DNA of 64,000 bases from Marsupella aquatica. Lineage: Eukaryota > Plantae > Marchantiophyta. Each line of letters opens with the position of its first letter. The stretch's first letter is position 1. The stretch is taken from NCBI GenBank assembly GCA_973895155.1, contig OZ316897.1, forward strand, positions 16,722,058 to 16,786,057, read 5' to 3'. The notes under the pieces were generated by a model that saw only the letters and a list, made by a program, of their open reading frames with translations, searched no databases and was not told the origin of the DNA. Both the position numbers and the translations under genes were made by a program. Shown here piece after piece: positions 56,981 to 64,000 of the stretch.

Positions 56981-59900
56981 TGTTGTGGGATTAATGAGAC
57001 AAAGAGTTGGTTCCATCTTTACTCTTGGTAGGATATGTACATGTGGCTACGGCCTAAGTAGTTAGGGTAGTTACATAGGTAGTTATCCCAAAGGTAGACT
57101 TAACTCAGGTATGAGTTACAACACTCCCCCTTTGTAACATTGGGGTTTAAATGTTACAATCAAGAGTCTACTTTGGGCATACTCAGTGGTATACAATAGG
57201 TTTTGTTTATGTCTAGCCTATTTTATAAATGGTGTAGCCATCTCAAGTCTACTATAAATGAATGTCAAGCTTCTCCTAATAGATGTCTTATAATTCATGT
57301 TGCATGGTAAAGTGTAAGTGGGGGATGTAACCTCATTAAAACCTCCCCTACTTTCTTTGTGGGAGGAAAGAGTATTACCATCCCCATGGGAGTAACATAA
57401 TTGGGTTTAAGCATATAGTGTATGTGTAATTTCTACAAAGTCTCTTAAGGTGTTTGTCAACACTATAGGCTTGTTGAAGATCCTCCTTGGTTGGTGTTAG
57501 CAAAGTTGATGCTGTTTTGTGTCTTGCGTCTCTTCCCGATCAGGCAATGAAGATTCCTCAATGGTCATTGATTACATGCAAGGAAAAAACAAGGTATTAG
57601 TTCATAATGAAGATGATATGGTTGATTGAAATCCGTTGGCCTTGGAATCGTTTGGAGTGTCCAATCCTAGGTCTCATATATCATAGGGATTTCCTATCAA
57701 GGTATAGCGTACCAGCTGTCATGGTGCCTTACCAAGTCATACCTCACCTGATAGTACCTTGTAATGTGATACCATACTTCATATGATCATATGATACCTT
57801 ATTATGATATGATGTGGGGTCTTTGATATTTCCAATTTTAGTCGTCATGACATGTCATCCAATATTGGTGATTTAATGCATTTTTCATAATTTGGCCATA
57901 TGCTTCTAACTCATGGAATGTAGTTCCATTTTTGAATATTGATTGTTGTGAAAAGCACTTGTGCAGTAGGCACATCTTGCAAGTCTTGCTTGAGGTCTCC
58001 CCCTCAATTTGTCAAATATTTTTCCTTTCTGGCTGGCTGTGCAGTAGGCACCCATTTGCTTCCATGTGCAGTAGGCACAGGGCTTTTATGTGTAGTAGGC
58101 ACCCCTGGGAAAATATCTCCCCCTGAATTTATGAAATTAATTGGTGGAAGTAATCATCATTTGTCGCCATGTAGGTTCTGTACTTTAGCTTCTTTCTTTA
58201 TGTCCTTACTTCATGCTTTGTTGTTTGGTTTTTCTTTCTTTGAAGAGAAAGTCTCTTTGTTCTTTAGTTCTCCATTCCTTAGTGTAAAATGGTCTTCTTA
58301 GAAGAAAAGGTGGAGGACTTTCCTTTGGTTTGATGGCTTCTCTTTGTTTGCCTCCTTTGCCCAGAGTCTCGTCTTTAGCTTGTACCACGATCTCCGTCTG
58401 CATTGGACGTCCTTCTCTCTCCTGGCGTTCCTCACGTTCTCTCTTTGGCTCGATCAGTTTCGGTCTCGCCTCATCGTTCTTCAGGGTTCTCTCTTTGCTT
58501 TTTCGGGTTTGTGCTTCCTTCAATGTTCTTGGATTTATCCTCCTTGGTTTCGGTGCTTATTGTTTCTCTCCTCTGTCTCGCATTCTTTCCTTCAAAGTTT
58601 TCAGTTTCTCCCTTCGCGTTCGATCATGGACTGTCTGTCTTTATATGTTCGTGATGCTGCCTGCCTTGCTCACGATCTGCGTTCGATTTCTGTAGCGTCT
58701 TCTCTCCTCCTATCTTTTTCAATTGGTAATTAGGCGTATGGGTGTTCCTTATGAATCAATCTTCCGTATGAGGTCGCCTTCACGGACTGGAAATAGGAGG
58801 TCTGATGACTCGTTCCAAAACGCGGATCTCCGTGAACTTACAAAATACAACCGTATTATATACTTCAAATGTGGAACTCGTGCAGACGCGTCAGTATAAC
58901 CACGTATCATCTCGGCAAACGCTCAGTGTGCCTCACTTGGCCCCCGAAACCAAAACATTTTGCACCTGTTAATTTAAGTCTCTGATGTTGTTGCCACAAA
59001 CTATTTGATCTCAGACTTGAAAATTTGTGGAATGACACCGTAAGGCATTTTTGGAAGGTCTTCAGGATCGAAGCATCTTGGCAGCATTTTTTTTTTTTTT
59101 GCTTCGGATCCGATTGAGCACTTTGAAATATGAATCATCGGCAGGATGGCAGGAAGACGCTGAAAACTGTCCTGGAGGACATCAACAAGGTGCCGTCCCG
59201 TAGCGGCTACAAAGAACTCAATTTTGGAGTACCGAATGCTGATGCCATTCAAGGTGCAGAGCCGACAAGATTTACCGCTGAATTGGGCCTCGAGTTCGAA
59301 GATCTCACGTACACTGTCGTCAAGCAGGAGAAGATCGACGGAAAATGGGAGTCCTATCCCGTCGACCTTCTGCAAGGGATTTTGGGAAAGGCTATCAGAG
59401 GCCAATTGACGGGAATCATGGGACCGAGCGGTGCTGGCAAGTCCACCTTCCTGGACGCTCTGGCCGGCCGCATTGGGCAACGGAGTCTGGGCGAGACAGT
59501 GCGGCTGGATGGGCAGCAAGTGACCGGCAGCTATATCAAGCTCAACAACGCGTACGTGATGCAGGAAGACCTTCTCTTCCCCTTTCTAACAGTTACTGAG
59601 ACCTTCATGTTCGCTGCTGAGGTGCGCCTCCCCACGAAGCTTTCGCACTCCGAGAAAGCTGACCATGTCCAGGCTCTAATCACGCAGCTTGGTCTTGAGG
59701 TAAATTACATGTCAATCTTTCTCTAGCATACAGCTTCAAAATCACAACTAGTACGATTTGGGCCATTACTGCTCAAGTATCTATAATTTGAACCATTCTT
59801 AAGCGTAAGCTACGTCACGTAGCAGAAGGGCAACGTCTCTCTCCTCATATGCAGCTATTCTCTCCGTGATAGCCGAATTTCGCTCCAAGATAGTTGCATC

Positions 59901-61024
59901 CCGTGCGGCTATCATTGGCTATCGAACGAGGCCTGTCCCTATGAGGTCGCGATGTCCTAATCGAATTCTTCTTTCTACTTTTCGATCGTCTTCTCTCTAT
60001 TGCTGTCATCTTGCTCTTCTTATCCTTTTCACCCTGGAGGGGAATGCTGCTTTTCAGGATCGGTTACTCTCGAAGGGCGAAAGATTCATCAATGACTGAC
60101 GAAGAATGTAATCTTGTGATCCTCGGTTGGGGATAGACTTCCATTTTGTTCTGCTTTCTTCTTGAGTTCTCTTCGAATCTTCTAAGAAAAATTTCCTTAT
60201 CTCCTGCTATCCTTACGAGTTCCTTATGGAATTGAGGCTATGATCTGCGCCTTGGATCGGTTTGCTTGTGTGATGATCTCGCTGCCTGAAGTGGAGGTCG
60301 CTACTTTCTATGGTCTGCAAGTCGCGACTTTCTTCACTTGCCTCTTTTCACACTTCTTACGCGATTGCTCCAAATCCTTCTTTCGTTTTCCAGTGATGCG
60401 ACCAACGGGTTTAATTTCCCCATGTTTGTCCTGCTTTTCTGTCAGCATAGTGTCGGGAAAGCTAGTGTCGGGAAAGAAATCACAACATCCTGTTACTGCT
60501 TCGTCCATTTCTAATGCCTCCAGCGGCAGACTCGAGTAGAACTGGAAGCAAACACAGGAAACAGAGTAGGTTGTCGTACTCCAATCTGTTGTGCGCTCAC
60601 GACCAGCCGTCAGTGAGCTGGTGCTCGCTAGAAATCTTATCAATCAAAGATGTAGTTTAAGAATAAGATGGCGCCTTGATATTCAATTCACCATAGCCGG
60701 GATCAATTCTTCCTTGGCCTTTCTCCCAAAGAAAAGTTGCTCGTGCAGCGCTTCAAGCAGCTCTCGCAAAAAAAAAACTTTGGCACATTCGAATCACATC
60801 TTTCCCTTCTTTCTTCGTCTTAGAGTGAATCAGTCATGGCCTAAAAAAGTTCAGCCAGTCTCAGGCTACGTGCTGATAACGTGTTGTGGGATTAATGAGA
60901 CAAAGAGTTGGTTCCATCTTTACTCTTGGTAGGATATGTACATGTGGCTACGGCCTAAGTAGTTAGGGTAGTTACATAGGTAGTTATCCCAAAGGTAGAC
61001 TTAACTCAGGTATGAGTTACAACA
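56981..61024 (-). mobile_element. Non-autonomous copia-type LTR element, copy B, with identical 143-bp LTRs (56981-57123, 60882-61024), carrying a host gene fragment
   Basis: TSD TTATC (56976-56980 and 61025-61029), PBS at 60869-60881 and PPT at 57124-57133. The region 57124-58340 is homologous to 43730-44986 of copy A. Confidence 0.93.
59130..59699 (+). pseudogene. STR: Captured first exon of a half-size ABCG transporter, STR/STR2 (stunted arbuscule)-like
   Basis: GLEFEDLTYTVVK..DGKW..VDLL, Walker A GPSGAGKST, FLDALAGRI, YVMQEDLLFP.LTV.ETFMFAAEVRLP, LGLE, then a GT donor at 59700. No ABC signature or transmembrane exons follow. The STR subclade assignment is from recalled sequence similarity. 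Confidence 0.75.
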
Positions 61025-61063
61025 TTATCGTCATTTTAACCAACGGTGTTAAATGACAAAATT

Positions 61064-61310
61064 TAGGGTCAATCTGAAAATGAGAATATATCAGTGTTTA
61101 CAACAACATATTGTCATTATGGACTTCTGCCATAAATGACTAACTCTAAGGTCAATCTTGAAATTAGGACATATCAGTGTTTACAAGAACATACCGTCAT
61201 TATGGACTTCTCTCATAAATGACTAACTCTAGGGTCAATCTAAAAATCAGGATATATCAATGTTTACAATAACATACAGTCATTATGGACTTATTGCATA
61301 AATGACTACT
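61064..61310. repeat. 83-bp tandem repeat, 3 copies (CACTA subterminal region)
   Basis: ta(g/a)ggtcaatc occurs at 61064, 61147 and 61230. Confidence 0.85.
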
Positions 61311-61589
61311 TATAGAGTCATTAAAGAACCCAAGAGATATGAAGATTAAAATACTCAATAGTCATTCCAGACACCTATCATAATTGTAGAGTCATACACC
61401 TTTGGAGTGATTTTCCAGAAGTGTCATCATATATAGATGCGCGCATACTATCGTATCCATGGGGCAAATGAAACCTTTTTGTCTCTCCAAGAAGTAGGCA
61501 ATACCAATGGAAGGTTGTAATCCTTTGTTGTAATTGTGTCATGTTTGTGCCGGTGTTTGGACGGGGAATATTTTAATTTGCAAATAAAT

Positions 61590-62635
61590 GCATGCATACC
61601 ATCACATCCAAAGGCAAACAAAAGTTTTTTTTTGGTTCTCCAAGAGGTAGTGCTGCCCCAATGGAATAGGCAGGGGAGTCATGCTTCTCAATATGGTGTG
61701 GGTGCAGGTTTAGGGAAGAGGAATATTCCAATCTTGCAAGGAATCTAAAGCTGGCTCTCTTTGGAGGTACTAGGGCCTTTATTGGGTCATATGTGAGCAA
61801 TGGCCCGTCATAAATGCCAATGACTAAAAGTAGGGTCATTAAAATTGTCATATGGAGAGTCATATCAGTCTAATGACTGGATTTGTGGTCATTTGAGGGG
61901 TCCCTTATGTAGTCATTAAGGAAAAGCACTAATGACCATTTTGGGGCTAGGGGCTTGAGGTGGGCCCTAGAGTGCCATGGGGCCCCACATAGAGGTGAGA
62001 ACCCCTCCACTAGGTGCGGGACACTATACTCATCATTGTCCAACCACTAGTTGCGACATAAACACTTTGGACACATGTTTTTGTGTTTACTTAAGGCATG
62101 ATGCACCTTTGGGGAAATCACTCCCAAGTCGTACGACTTTGGAGTGATTTGCCAAAAGTGTTACCATGCATGCACACCATCACATCCAAAAGGCAAATAA
62201 AAGTTGTTTTGTGGTTCTCCAAGAGGTGGTGCTGCACGAATGGAATGGGCAAGGGAGTCGTGCTTCCCTGTATGGTGTGGGTGCGGGTTTAGGGAAGAGG
62301 AATATTCCAACCTTGCAAGGAATCTATTGGGGGCTCTCTTTGGAGGTACTAGGGCCTTCATTGGGTCATATGTGACCAACGGACCATCATAAATGCCAAT
62401 GACTACAAGAAGGGTCATTAAAACTGTCATTTGTGTGGTCCCTTGTGCAGTCATTAAACAGAAGCACAAATGACAAGTTTGGGGCTAGGGGCTGAATGTA
62501 AGAATGAGTGCCACGCGGTCCCACATAGAGCTCACCACCGTTCCACGAGGTGGGGGATACAATACTTTCTATTCCACCACTAGTTGCAGCATAATAAATG
62601 TTCAGACATGTTTTTGCGTTTAGGGAAGGCATTAT
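61590..62635. repeat. Diverged direct duplication (~500 bp, period ~580)
   Basis: catcacatccaaaggcaaa...tttagggaagaggaatattccaa...ccactagttgc occurs twice. Confidence 0.8.
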
Positions 62636-64000
62636 GGAGCACTACAAGAGGAGCATAATTTCATTGGGTCATTTTGGATTAAGGGTATTCATTAATGCCA
62701 ATGACTGAAGTGAGGGTCATTGGCGCCGTCATTTTGCATGTCATATAATTCAAATGTTGTGTCATAAAAACCAATTTTGACTACAAATAGTGTCATTGAA
62801 ATGGTCATATTAAGTGTCATATAAGACAAATTATTGGACATTTGGTCATTTAAGTGGTCCCTTGTGCAGTCATTGGGGTTGTCATGAATTAAAAAATGAC
62901 ATAGTATATCACATATTATCACATCTGAATGTGTAATTCCTTGGACCCAAATTTTTGGGGGCCCCATAAGTGCTAATCAAAATAGTACATATATGGTATA
63001 CCATATCATTCAATACTATATAAACTTCACTATTTTCCTTAAATAAGAGAGTTCACACAAATTATTAACACGTTTTAATCGATGTGTGATTATTGCCAGG
63101 CCGATTTTAGAGTAGGGGTAATAGTTGATCGTGACATGAACAAAATGGTGCGTCTTTGGCAATGACAAAAAATTGAGATCTAATGACTGCAACTAGTGGT
63201 TGTTTTAGACCGAAGTCATACCGAAGTAGGGGTTCTCTTTTTAATTATCAGGACCTTATATAATGTCATTGTGGTATGATATGGGAGGACTCCTATAAGA
63301 AATCACCAGAAATGACCTTATTTGGCCCGGGGCTGCCTATGGGTGGGAGGTGGGCTTCCCTTGAGTTAAAGTTTAGATGGGGGTGTAGAGTCATTTAGGG
63401 TTTAGGGTATTGTGGCCTTATGGGGGTCAGGACATTTTTAGGAGTTTTAGGGTAAGTGAATTACCCTATTGTGTGTGTCTTTTAAGCCCATCCAACGGTA
63501 AACATGACCGGGTTTAGGGGGCGACATTGTTTCCAGCACAAGTGTTCACCATTCGCGCGAGGGCCCTTTTTCCCGAAAACCATCGATCTGCTACGTTGAA
63601 TGTCGTGGTTTCTTGGTGTGCACATATCAGTTTCCAAGCGGAGTGCTCTCACCTTTAGGGTTGCACAAAGTTTAAGTGCTCTTGGGACTTTATCACTGCG
63701 CTGCATAACGTCGGGCAAGCATTGGGCGAGGCATTGTTTGAGTGAAGCCTTGGACCTGGACCCTAAACTATTGACCATTTGCATGCTTTAGAGGAGGAGC
63801 TCCGACCCGAAGCCATTCAGGCTGCCATTGTTTTTGAGTGTGTTGCGCACGTTTGGCGGAGCACCTCGGTAGGACTTGGGCGCTACATGTTTCCAGGAGC
63901 TTTGATTGATTGGCATTGCAATAGCTTCTTTACATTTCCTCCAAGTTGCGGGTGAGGAGCGGAGGACGTGCTGCAAGCGGAGGACGAGCGGAGAGCGGAG

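Larger units (their letters stand above)
56613..63300. mobile_element. Second CACTA-type element (left end only; the right boundary is not seen and may lie outside the window)
   Basis: Terminus CACTAGAAGAAAA at 56613, followed by dense AATGAC/GTCATT subterminal repeats that continue on the far side of the LTR insertion at 56981-61024. Confidence 0.65.

Noticed and set aside
58805-58950. GACTCGTTC and CTCG..CG motifs upstream of the STR-like exon as CTTC/AW-box mycorrhiza-responsive elements
   Set aside because: Only imperfect matches to short motifs, not distinguishable from chance by eye.
62578-63198. CACTAGTTGCAG / CTGCAACTAGTG inverted pair as a mini-CACTA
   Set aside because: There is no 3-bp TSD (CAC versus GTT), and the left motif is part of the ~580-bp duplication (also at ~62045).
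63395-63408. TTTAGGGTTTAGGG as an interstitial telomere
   Set aside because: Only two units, which is common in plant repeats and promoters.

Overview
A eukaryotic window made almost entirely of nested transposable elements. It is from a land plant, and probably a bryophyte-grade lineage (inferred from element types and an STR-like gene fragment). In order: (1) A decayed multi-exon + strand gene with a ParB/Srx-like segment, a beta-class DNA amino-methyltransferase-like segment and an FCP1/NIF-like HAD domain (76-5669). It converges on a decayed, intron-containing Sola2-like DDD transposase gene (7241-10870). (2) A young full-length non-chromovirus Ty3/gypsy element (11924-27491, TSD GGTAG). 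Its ~4.7-kb LTRs each contain a ~3.4-kb ORF (PMD-like domain, coiled coil, NLS), and it has a likely -1 frameshift/pseudoknot between gag-protease and RT. (3) Two TSD-flanked solo LTRs of that family (33447-38108, 47960-52689) that still carry the ORF. (4) A probable second giant-LTR family with a distant homologue of the same ORF (38431-41085). (5) Two non-autonomous copia-type elements with 142/143-bp LTRs and a half-tRNA-Ile PBS (41434-45128, 56981-61024). The second carries, antisense, the upstream region, exon 1 and intron start of an STR-like ABCG gene. (6) A decayed CACTA element with a second CACTA inserted at 56613. All calls are by eye; no database searches were run.
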